Assembly (NCBI GenBank): GCA_977017575.1
Contig: CDRNVI010000028.1
Span: 60,447 to 124,446, forward strand
Direction of reading: 5' to 3'
DNA length: 64,000 nucleotides
From: Paramoeba atlantica
Taxonomy: Eukaryota; Protista; Discosea
In this document: positions 45,325 to 55,050 of the stretch, piece after piece
Numbering within the stretch: the stretch's first letter is position 1
Layout of the letters: every line of letters starts with the position of its first letter
Notes under the pieces: generated by a model
The model's database searches: none
Told to the model about the DNA's origin: nothing
What the model saw: the letters and a program-made list of their open reading frames with translations, nothing else
Translations under genes and position numbers: made by a program

Positions 45325-46541
45325 GCCATGAGTTCGGTATATCCCACCATGCACATTTCGGAACAGCTTTTTTAGACAAAGATCCCTGTAGTCTGGGATT
45401 CCCTTTTAGCTGAAGGTATGAACCCAACTGTGCAAGGGACGAATGTTGAAGATAAGAAAAATTCGCAAAACCGCTGAAGTCACAACTTGATATATGATAT
45501 CATACGCTCGTGGCGCAGAGATACGTCTCTCTGTGTGACGGCCGATACCATCGGCGCATGACCCGCATACGACGGATGTCACACAGAGAGTGGAGTGCGA
45601 GGTAGGAGACGAGTCGCCCATCGGTCATGCTACAGCACGTATAGCCATGGTTCATGCTGCAACACGGTCAAGCCGTGGGTTCATGCTGTCAGATGGTCTA
45701 TCGTGGATCATGATGCATCATGGGGAGGTCCGTTACCGCCGCACTCGCTACAGCATGTAGGGAGAGAGGGGTGCAAGTTCGCATCCCCTATACACGCATA
45801 CAACGTGTCCTCCCGCTGTAGCACGCCCAGTGGTCCTCAAGGGAGGCCACCATGGCGCATAGCTCCCGGGAGAAGAAAGCACGAGAAGGAGAGAGCCGGG
45901 GAGGGAAGAAAGCTCACTCGAAGAGAGCGAGCCGGGGAGGGGTGAAGAGTGCGAAGTGCGTCCCCTACTTCCGCGACAAAGAGGGACAGTTCCAGCTAGC
46001 CGTCAGCCGGAAACGGGCATTTAAAAGTAAGAATATGCCCGTTTCCGGGAAAAGAAAGGAAGGGCTAGCAAAATGTACAACAAGGTACAGAAACTGTATC
46101 TTTATTATTTAAAACTCTAATATCAGGAGGAAGATGTTCGAAATGTAGTTCTCCACTAAAAGCATTGGAATGCACCCACAAATTTCGCAAGCCTCGAGGC
46201 AATGCGGAAAAGTCGACACTACCGCTGAGATGGTTGTAGGAGATATCTAGAAATGTGACAGACCGCGGTAAATGTTGCCAATGTAGTATTCCACGTAGCT
46301 CTCGATAAGCCCAACTGATATCTATAATTTCGCCTTGTTTATCGCATTTCGCGCCATCCCACTCACATACAGGTGTGGCAGTACTCCAGGACTCACGTGG
46401 ATTTCCAACATCACTAATGAACTTTGCGAGCTCGTGTTCCTGGGGGAGAAACGTGCCCCTTACCTTTGCTGCACGTGAAACTGAAGTCGCAGAATTATCC
46501 ACACTATTGCAAAGTAGGTGCAAAGAAAACATGTGAATCAT
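45325..46541 (-). pseudogene. LRR paralogue of 42041-42664 split by an insertion
   Basis: The 5' part (about 46106-46541) and 3' part (about 45325-45495) are each collinear with the 42041 gene. Confidence 0.85.
45496..46105. mobile_element. Unclassified insertion of about 610 bp
   Basis: Interrupts the LRR frame (IRVLN|ISSCD); internal GAGAGCCGGGGAGGG direct repeats; no TIR or TSD seen. Confidence 0.65.
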
Positions 46542-47421
46542 AGTTTCAGATCAAATAAATTTATAGCACAAAGAGAAGTTCAAGTTTTGGAATTCATCAT
46601 GTCTTGGTATGATTCTAGATCAAGTGTGAATCGTGTGTCAACAAGCACTTTGCCACTAAGCTTTTTCTACGTTTTTTATAAGCTACATACATACAGTAAT
46701 TACGGTTAGATCAAGCAAAATGCTAAAAGATAAGTCTGCATGTATCCATTTCCCTGCCCCAGGAACGAGGCATATAAGCGGGATTCGGACTCTCTCGATT
46801 TTTTAGGGCCAATTTTTAGCCGCACGAGCGATACAGGATGTAAATAAGCTAAAGCTTCTTTCATACTGTTTGATCACGTAGCAGCTTCGAGTCCTTCCCA
46901 CTGCGTTTCCACCCATTAATTATCCAAAGCAACCAATAAGAATGTCATGCATCGACAAACCTACCCGCTGCCTACCAGCCAATCCCACATAATTTTTTCC
47001 TTCTCACCCCCGTACAACAAACGCTCGGTTTCTTTTTGTGCTTTTACTTGTGCTTCACCAGTACTACCCTACACCGCAGCGCACATTTCCTTGCCTTACA
47101 TCCACAAGTTTCTACATTTCTCCCTCTGCTACCTCAATAAGAGGGCTGAAACTGAGTAAAGCAAATTCAGGCAAATTCGGGCAAATTTTGTGTCGCCCTA
47201 TTGGGTACTGGTGAGGAATACACTTGGAAAATTTTAGGCGGGGAAAATCTCTCTTACTGGAGGGGGTGGGTATGCTTTTTTGGCCAGTTTCCTCTTTTCT
47301 CCCAATTTTTTTGACCATTTTTTCCATTTTTTCTTCTGAAAACGTGTTAAAACGCTTCTTTGGGTTACCCCCGAGCCCCCCAACATGCAGACACCCACCC
47401 CCTACCCCCTATACGCCTCCC

Positions 47422-48258
47422 CTATACGCCTCGAGACTTCCACTCGAGAACTCGGGGATCGCTTTTACTCAGCTCTTCAATAGAGTCCCTGTAATATTGG
47501 GGGCGATCCACCTGCCAGCGCACACACTCAGCGTTCCACAGGAGACCAAAGAAGGAACGTATTACTTCTTTTTTATGACGATTATGTTGAAATATTTGAT
47601 GTTGCTTCAATTGGGCAATAAAGCGTTCCACCCTGTTTCTAATTCGTCGAAATTCCATGTCAAAATGCTCGTCCACCCCACTTCCGATTTCTTGACAAAA
47701 GCAATGACGAACATTCCTGTACGCCTTGTCTGCCATAACGAGCTCGTCAATCCGATGCTCTAGACCAGGAATCCCGAGGCATGCGAAGCATTCACTGTCG
47801 TGCACACGTCCTTCGAAAGGCCCGCTCCAAGCCAGAGGGCATCCGTCCATCATGACGAGAACCTGGAGCGTCCAGTACTTGCAAGCATGCTTCCCATTAT
47901 ACAGCTCACTGGGTCCCCTACTATAGACAGGAAGTCCATCAAAAATACACGTGCACAAAACGAATTGCGACTCTCGCACGGTACAGCGTCTCTCCACAGC
48001 CGCCTGGTTTCCAGCACGATTTGATGCCTGAAGCGATGGAACGACGTAAGTTCTCCACACCCATGTAGGCGAAAACTTATCGGGAAGGTAGGGTGCGAGC
48101 ACGACAGAAGCTTGTGCGTGGGTCAGATTAAGGTGCGCTACGGTCAGTGCACAAAAAAGAAGAAGAAACTCACAATGAAGATGTTCAGAAAGTCGTTGTA
48201 CTACTTCGTAGGTACATCCGGTGAGAGGGAGGCATGCCTCAGGCAGTGATGGTATCAT
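47422..48258 (-). CDS. DDE_Tnp_4 (Harbinger/IS5-like) transposase of element A
   Basis: CIFDGLP, YNGKH, GRVHDS, VMADKAY and RNRVERFI; open frame. Confidence 0.88.
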   Translation of the reverse strand: MIPSLPEACLPLTGCTYEVVQRLSEHLHCEFLLLFCALTVAHLNLTHAQASVVLAPYLPDKFSPTWVWRTYVVPSLQASNRAGNQAAVERRCTVRESQFVLCTCIFDGLPVYSRGPSELYNGKHACKYWTLQVLVMMDGCPLAWSGPFEGRVHDSECFACLGIPGLEHRIDELVMADKAYRNVRHCFCQEIGSGVDEHFDMEFRRIRNRVERFIAQLKQHQIFQHNRHKKEVIRSFFGLLWNAECVRWQVDRPQYYRDSIEELSKSDPRVLEWKSRGV

Positions 48259-48479
48259 GACGCGTAAAGTAATGATTGCACAAAATTAATATTCTTTTTT
48301 CTATTTTTTTATCCCCCAACCACTACCCCAGCTAGCGTACAACGCGTTTTACAAGACGCTTTATAAGGCTTCCTTTTCACTTTTTATAAAACATAAGAAC
48401 TTTATAAACTTTCTCATTAAGATCTACATTAGAGGCCAGCTAAATCATATGGCTTTCGCTTCTTGGAAACTGCTTCAGT

Positions 48480-48750
48480 TTCGACACAGTTCGTCTGCTT
48501 TACAGACGAATTCAAATTTTAAATTTCAAGACATAGCACCTTTTTGCGCAGGATCGAAATTTCATTACGCATTTCTTCTATTTCAACTCGCAACTTTTGT
48601 TACCTTTTTAATGGCATGCCGAACGTTTCTTGAATAGAGTACGCCACCCACTTTCTCAAGGTCAAGTACCTCTCAGAATCAGGAGAATCAGGACCGTCAT
48701 CCACGTATTCATCGTTGCTCGGAGGAAGGTCGTAGTCGAACATACACCTT
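48480..48750 (-). pseudogene. Internally deleted accessory ORF of element A
   Basis: DYDLPPSNDEY...YLTLRKWVAYSIQETFGMPLKR matches the 17410 N-terminus, then jumps to a coiled-coil segment after a stop. Confidence 0.7.
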
Positions 48751-48834
48751 AAGAAAACAGAAAACACAGACAACAAAGAAGCTAATGTCAGAGAAGTCAA
48801 TTATTATACAGGTGAGGGGCTGCGGGTGTGCATC

Positions 48835-48911
48835 ACCGAACCCGCACCGAACCCGCACCGAACCCGCACCGAACCCGCACCGAACCCGCACCGAACCCGC
48901 ACCGAACCCGC
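48835..48911 (+). repeat. 11-bp tandem repeat CCGAACCCGCA, about 7 units
   Basis: Direct reading; the same unit recurs in the same orientation at about 52364-52385. Confidence 0.9.
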
Positions 48912-49333
48912 GCTTTGCATTTGAGGTCGAACGAGATCTATTTTAGCCCAAAAAAATGGATTGTACACGTACAAAGTAGTTTAAAGTGTAGTTTTTTTAG
49001 TTTGTTACCGTACTACTGTGAAAATACGGTGTACGCTGTATACGGTGCTGTATACGAACGGTGTATGCATTACACAAATCAAATGTACAATTAATATACC
49101 CTCCACAATACATGCATAATTCGGTCAAAGTGAAGCATTATTGCGCCTTTTTTGAAAAAAAGTAAAGTTTTTTCAATTTTCAATTTTTCGACCGCTACTA
49201 CTTATTTCTTATGGTTTCACTTCCAGAAAGCCGAGTCTGCAAACTAATTTGAGGTCTTCATACAGTCGTCTTATTGGGTGCCCCTCGCTATTTCCAATCT
49301 TCAGACGACCATTCACAACTTCTCCGCTGAACT

Positions 49334-49915
49334 TTATCCGATCTTCCCTTTCTTCATCAAAGCACCCAAGGGTCCCATTCCCACTTCTTTCTTGAGCATC
49401 CCGTTCATGCGTTCAACAGTGTTGGTGTGTACACCAGTGTTGGGGTCCACCCAAAATCGTCGATGATTTACTGTCTCATGCCGCAAGTCGTTTCCGAGGG
49501 AGCGACTCGCTCGCCAGCAATCAGTGCGCGCCACGGCCCGGCTCCCAGCAGACAACTCAATGACTTGTGTATTCAGACTCTCAGCACTTCGATTTTCCAG
49601 AGGGCTTACAAATATTTCCTTCGCTTTCTGATTTCTCGTAGTACTTGTAATCACATGCACCCATTGTGACCCATTCTTACGGACGCGACGTGGTTTGTAG
49701 CTGCCCCCTTTTTTTTGCGTTGAGAAGCATGTTTCGTCTTTTTGCATATGATTTATTGTTCCAGCCGCTTCTATAGTGCGAATGTCATGGGCATGAGAAA
49801 TCATGGACTCCAGCATGTGGGATATGTTCGTTACTGTTCGAGCGCTAAGCTGACATTCTAACGCAATTTGTTCCCGTCCGTTGCGACAGCTCATTCCGTA
49901 AAGAACGTGAAGCAC
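49334..49915 (-). pseudogene. Merlin/IS1595-family (IS1016-like) transposase fragment
   Basis: QKDETCF, LENRSAESL, RTDCWRA and HETVNH...WVDPNTGVHTNTVERMNGMLK. Confidence 0.82.
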
Positions 49916-50139
49916 CTGTTTTGCTGTTCGTCGCTTAAATGCAGTAAGAAGAGGTTGTAGGTAGTAGAGTTTTCCTCGGCATTTTTTCCTCTCAGGGCAT
50001 ATCCAGTGCTCTCCTACAAGGTTGCAAGGGAGAGGAGAATAAATTTCAAATCAATATTTAAAAAACATAAAAAATATTTTTTTTGGCGCAATAATGCTTC
50101 ACTTTCACCCATAATTCTTTTACATTATCCTCCTTTTAA

Positions 50140-50738
50140 TATGATGAGCCCTGTTGAGAGCAACGAAGATTTCACTTCACGTATGAAGGTAACATCTGCG
50201 AGGGATGATGACGTATACGACGTCATTGTCGCATCGCTTATGCGCACCTTCACGAAGCGCAAAACTCCTTTCGCCCCCCCAGCGCTCGTTATCACTGAGG
50301 AGGAGTTGGGAGCCAAGGTGGAAGAATGTAAGAGGCGCATATCGCGCACGATGGACAGCTACTCTGTCCAGCTACTCTGTGTCTGGCGTGGAGGTTAGCT
50401 CCCAAGTGCTGCAGCGTGTCATCTTCCACCTTGTGGAGCGCCGAGGACACCTTCTCTTGGATTGTCTGCCACGAGGGGTCTACTTCCTTGCAGAGGCGAC
50501 GCGTGATCTAGAAGCTTTCTTGGAACAGAACCCTCTCTACGCCCCTCCTCATGAAGGAGCTGTGGGGGAGTTCGTGGAGAACGTGTGGTGTTCTGTTTCA
50601 GGAAAGCGTTCCAGATCATGCACTCTGTGGCGCAAACGGAAGAGTGGCCAGGGTAAAGAAAACGTAGCAGAGGAATCCCTTTCTTCTACGGTGATCTCTT
50701 CACCCAACTTGCGCACTCAACCTTCCTCGCTCCCTTAA
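50140..50738 (+). pseudogene. Frameshifted accessory ORF of element B
   Basis: Two overlapping protein-like frames (50006-50398 and 50205-50738) directly upstream of the transposase. Confidence 0.45.
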
Positions 50739-50952
50739 CCTTCGCTTGGGGAAGCCTCTTTGAAGCCACGTTCCTCTCGCGTGATGCGCTTTCCTTCCCT
50801 TTAGTTTTCCCTCGCAGAAGCGAACGTTTCCCCCACAAAGCGTACGTAAGAGAAAAAGAGTTGTAATTCAAGAGAAGTGATAAGCTCGTTTTTTTTGAAG
50901 TTTGAAGTGCTAACCTTTATATATCATTCTTTTTTTAGATATCATGCATCTT

Positions 50953-51090
50953 GTATCATGAATAAGTTAGGTATCTTACCCATGAATGTCATCTTATATG
51001 TATCATGAATAAGTTAGGTATCTTACCCATGAATGTCATCTTATATGTATCATGAATAAGTTAGGTATCTTACCCATGAATGTCATCTTA
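50953..51090 (+). repeat. 47-bp tandem repeat, 3 units
   Basis: GTATCATGAATAAGTTAGGTATCTTACCCATGAATGTCATCTTATAT starting at 50953, 51000 and 51047. Confidence 0.9.
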
Positions 51091-52149
51091 CTTTTTGGTT
51101 TCTCTCTAGGCGATATTTTATCCTGCAATTCTATCATGTACGGCATTACCAGAGAGCAACTCACAGATTTTTTTCTTGAGCTACAGAGAGCAAGTCCTCT
51201 TGTCGCCACGGACACTGATCTCAGACGCCTTAGCTTTTCCTTAGCTATGTGCGCTTTGAACTGCACATGGGAGCAACTGTATGATTTACAGCCCATGTGG
51301 ATTGCTCCCGAAACTCCTCCTCTATCCATCAGGACTCTCCGCGATGACTTTAGCCGCATCGCTGATCTTTGCCGCTCTCCTGCTTTAATGAATCCGAAAC
51401 TTCGTTTCAAGCATGGGGTATCTTGGATGTCTGATGTGACATGTATGATGGACGTCACGACAATCCCATGTCGTGCAAGGAAGCCGCGGGACATATGGGA
51501 CGAAGCCTCTCAGGAAATGAGAAAAAAAGATGCGACCTACTCCGGCAAGCACAGGGAACACTGTTTTAAAGTGGAGTTCTGGCTTACGCTTGCCGGAGTC
51601 CCTATTTTTTTTCGCGGACCCGTTCCGGGCAGTGTACATGATGCGAAAATTTATAAAGAAAGAACCACGCACGGAACATTTCTTTTTGACCATCATGAAG
51701 ATGAAATGTTTTTGGCGGATCTAGGATACGTGGATTGCAACCACTGTTTTGTTCCATTCAAGGCACCACGCAAAGGTTGCCTTGATGAACACCAGGATCG
51801 GTTCAACCGCATGCATTCTTGGATTCGTTCAAGAATCGAGCGTTGTTTCGCTCATTTCGATAAATTTCGTTTTTGTCATGGAACGGATCACGATATTACG
51901 TGGGTAAAGGATGCCGTTCAGATTGTATCTGTTGCAGTGTATGGTTTGCTTGCATCAGAACCCCAGTACGACTTTGATAGTGAAATAAATGTACACTTAC
52001 AAAATATCGATGACTCATCTTTTTGTTGGTGTAGCAAAGGGTGTGGTTTAGTCAAACCGCTTGATGAACGGAGGGATTGGCTCAAAGAACACATATACGA
52101 TGTGGGATATGTTCCCAAGAAACCACAGCATGGATCAAAAACTAAATAA
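51052..52149 (+). CDS. DDE_Tnp_4 (Harbinger/IS5-like) transposase of element B
   Basis: MDVTTIP, YSGKHREHCFK, GSVHDAKI, FLADLGY and RSRIERCF. The true start may be the ATG at 51137 because 51052 lies in the tandem repeat. Confidence 0.9.
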   Translation: MNKLGILPMNVILLFGFSLGDILSCNSIMYGITREQLTDFFLELQRASPLVATDTDLRRLSFSLAMCALNCTWEQLYDLQPMWIAPETPPLSIRTLRDDFSRIADLCRSPALMNPKLRFKHGVSWMSDVTCMMDVTTIPCRARKPRDIWDEASQEMRKKDATYSGKHREHCFKVEFWLTLAGVPIFFRGPVPGSVHDAKIYKERTTHGTFLFDHHEDEMFLADLGYVDCNHCFVPFKAPRKGCLDEHQDRFNRMHSWIRSRIERCFAHFDKFRFCHGTDHDITWVKDAVQIVSVAVYGLLASEPQYDFDSEINVHLQNIDDSSFCWCSKGCGLVKPLDERRDWLKEHIYDVGYVPKKPQHGSKTK

Positions 52150-52647
52150 AATTAAGTATCTAGTCGTTTTCCATGAATTGCGAAATGTAAACTACGTAGT
52201 CATATCGTATACATGGCTTATAAATTTTTGTTATTATCGTATATTATGTACACTATGTATGTCGCACATTATGATTTCTCCTTCGATCTAACTATTTTTC
52301 TCCTTCAATGTCTGCAGCTCCGACTAATTTCGCATGCTTTCAGAGGATTTTTTTCAACCCGCGCCGAACCCGCACCGAACCCGCGACCCGCAGCCCCTCA
52401 GGTATGTAGTTTAAAAAAGGAGAATACCTAGTAAATGTTTTTTAGCTAGTAAAGTTCTACCTAGTAAAAGGTTTTTTTGATGGACGACTTCTAAAGCAAA
52501 TTTAGGAAAATTCAGGCAAATTTAGAAAGGTTTCAGCCCTCTAAACCTCCTTCTGGGAGTGGGTAAAAAGGTTTCCAAACACTCAAGTCAACAAATGGCA
52601 AAGAAAACTTGAGTCGTCAAAAAACATTTGAAGATCTACATGACACC

Positions 52648-53065
52648 CGCACACTGATAACGCATAAAACTCGCACACTAATATTGCATAATGCACACTG
52701 ATAATGCATATAGGCACACTGATAATGCATATAGGCACACTGATAATGCATATAGGAACACTGATAATGCATAAAACTCGCACACTGATAATGCATAATG
52801 CACACTGATAATGCATAATGCACACTGATAATGCATAATGCACACTGATAATGCATATAGGTACACTGATAATGCATATAGGCACACTGATAATGCATAA
52901 AACTCGCACACTGATAATGCATAGTAACTCGCACACTGATAATGCATAATGCACACTGATAATGCATAATGCACACTGATAATGCATAATGCACACTGAT
53001 AATGCACAATGCACACTGATAATGCATAATGCACACTGATAACGCATAATGCACACTGATAATGC
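52648..53065 (+). repeat. Tandem array of about 20-bp units (GCACACTGATAATGCATAAT and variants)
   Basis: About 20 units read directly; two inverted units at about 55163-55200. Confidence 0.92.
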
Positions 53066-53124
53066 ATGAAGCCTATATTAACACAAAGACTGTTTTTTTT
53101 TGATAATTTTTGTTGCATTTTAGT

Positions 53125-54126
53125 ATGAGTGAACCACGAAGTCAACGTGTAGATTCAGAGGACCGCACCATGATTGAGGTGCTTTACAATCAACAGAATT
53201 TCACCCAAGTCCAAATTGCTGCGAAATTGAATATGAATCAATCCTCTCTGAGCCGGAAACTCACACGCGGACTTCGAAATGATACGTACAGTGCCAGGCG
53301 CGCTGAACGAGCAGCGAAGCAGTCCATGCTGAAACGCCAGCCGCGCCCATGCATGATTAAAGGAGAGATTAAAGACAAAGTCGTGTCTCTCCTACGCAGG
53401 CGCTTTAGCCCCCAGCAAATTACAGTAGTCTTGCGCAAAGAAAATGATATTAAAGTATCCCGAACGTCAATATACGGGTTTATCAAGCGGGATGATGGTC
53501 AACATGGGAACTTGGAGAGTTGTCTGCGCCGTGGAGGAAGACGTGGTCAACGTCGCCGTCGGGGAACCAACCGTACCGGTATTCCGAATCGCACCGACAT
53601 TGAGGAGCGACCGAATATTGTTAACAATCGGGAGCGATACGGCGATTGGGAATGTGACCTTATAGAAGGCACAAGACACAGCGGATTCTTCCTCACCTTG
53701 GTTGAGCGAAAGAGTCGGTTCGGGATACTAAAGAAGCTCACATGCAAGAAATCGGCACTGGTCGCTGAAAACATAACCAGTGCTCTTCAAGGTTTCTTGG
53801 TTCACTCCATAACATATGATAACGGAACCGAGTTTGCAAAACACGAGAAAGTAAATCAGTCGCTTAATTGCTCTTCGTATTTTTGTAAACCGTATGCAAG
53901 TTGGGAGAAGGGGGGTGTTGAAAATTTCAACGGCGTAGTACGAGATTTCTACCCGAAACGACGTTTGTTTAGTGACATCTCGCAGAAGGATCTTGACTCC
54001 GTTTCGCGGGATATAAATGCTCGACCAAAAGAAGTGCTCCAAGAGCAATCGCCATCTGAGATCGTAGAAATTCTTCGGAAAACTCGCCCACAATTTTTGG
54101 TCGACAGTTCCCAGGAGTCCTCTTGA
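53125..54126 (+). CDS. IS30-family DDE transposase (HTH_38 plus integrase-like core)
   Basis: QVQIAAKLNMNQSSLSRKL HTH; GDWECD, TLVERKSR, SITYDNGTEF, YFCKPYASWEKGGVENFNG and INARP; D-to-E spacing 33; frame intact. Confidence 0.93.
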   Translation: MSEPRSQRVDSEDRTMIEVLYNQQNFTQVQIAAKLNMNQSSLSRKLTRGLRNDTYSARRAERAAKQSMLKRQPRPCMIKGEIKDKVVSLLRRRFSPQQITVVLRKENDIKVSRTSIYGFIKRDDGQHGNLESCLRRGGRRGQRRRRGTNRTGIPNRTDIEERPNIVNNRERYGDWECDLIEGTRHSGFFLTLVERKSRFGILKKLTCKKSALVAENITSALQGFLVHSITYDNGTEFAKHEKVNQSLNCSSYFCKPYASWEKGGVENFNGVVRDFYPKRRLFSDISQKDLDSVSRDINARPKEVLQEQSPSEIVEILRKTRPQFLVDSSQESS

Positions 54127-54409
54127 ATCTCCGAAGGACCCATCAGTCCCTTTCTCTAGCGCTTTTTATGTGCGTATTTCACTCTTCCATGTGCGTATTT
54201 CACTCTTTACGTGCGTATACAATTTTTAAACATGTTTGGACATCTACTCAACTCCAAGCTGGGCGGGTTCTTCTCTTCTGCATAAGATGTGACTCCCTTG
54301 AAAGCGGCATGGGTTACATAATAAATTCTTCCAATTTTGAGTTTTACCAACTTTCCTTCAACTGCATATTTCCGATTCCTAGAATGGGCTTTCCATTTCG
54401 ATTTTACCT

Positions 54410-55050
54410 TGCAGACGGTTGGGCTTCGCAAATTACTTCCCACTAACGTCAGACGTTTTTGTCTTGCACACGGATAAACAAGGTCTTGGCTTTATTAAGG
54501 GTGGGGTATGGTAGAATTGTTGGGCTTCACAAATGGGTAAACAAGATCTAGGTTCATTGGCCCGGCCGGCCCCTCCGTGCGTTCGGCCTCTCATTTCCCC
54601 CAAATCAACTACCACCTTTCGCGCGACCCCCGCTAAATAGGGGGGGAAGGTGGTAGTTGTGGGGTATGGAGGCCTCTCGCAACTCCGGGGCCTCACCGGG
54701 AACAAAGGTGAAATTATTAGCCGGACGGGTAAACAAGGTCTTGGCTCTATTACGGGTTGGGTATGGTGGAATTGTTGGGCTTCGCAAATTGCTTCCCACT
54801 AACGTCAGACGTTTTTATTTTGCAGACGGGTAAACAAGGTCTTGGCTTTATTACGGGTTGGATATGGTGGAATTGTTGGGCTTCGCAAATTGCTTCCCAC
54901 TAACGTCAGACGTTTTTATCTTGCAGACGGGTAAACAAGGTCTTGGCTTATTACGGGTTGGGTATGGTGGAATTGTCGGGCTTCGCAAATAGCTTCCCAC
55001 TAACGTCAGACGTTGTTATCTTGCAGAAGGGTAAACAAGGTCTTGGCTTT
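54410..55050 (+). repeat. About 100-bp degenerate tandem repeat inside the IS30 element
   Basis: GGGCTTCGCAAAT...CCCACTAACGTCAGACGTT...GGGTAAACAAGGTCTTGGCT at about 54420, 54777, 54878 and 54978. Confidence 0.85.

Larger units (their letters stand above)
48814..52399 (+). mobile_element. Harbinger-like element B nested in A
   Basis: AGGT|GAGGGGCTGCGGGT (48810-48827) and ACCCGCAGCCCCTC|AGGT (52386-52403). Confidence 0.8.
47141..52541 (-). mobile_element. PIF/Harbinger-like element A (carries nested element B)
   Basis: TAA|GAGGGCTGAAAC (47138-47152) and GTTTCAGCCCTC|TAA (52530-52544): perfect 12-bp TIR with a TAA duplication. Confidence 0.85.

Noticed and set aside
52648-53065. CRISPR-like array
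   Set aside because: Units are contiguous near-identical repeats with no unique spacers, and no cas-like ORF is present.
52583-53145. Cys/His-rich ORFs (MHYQCALCIISV...)
   Set aside because: They are translations of the 20-bp tandem repeat in all frames.
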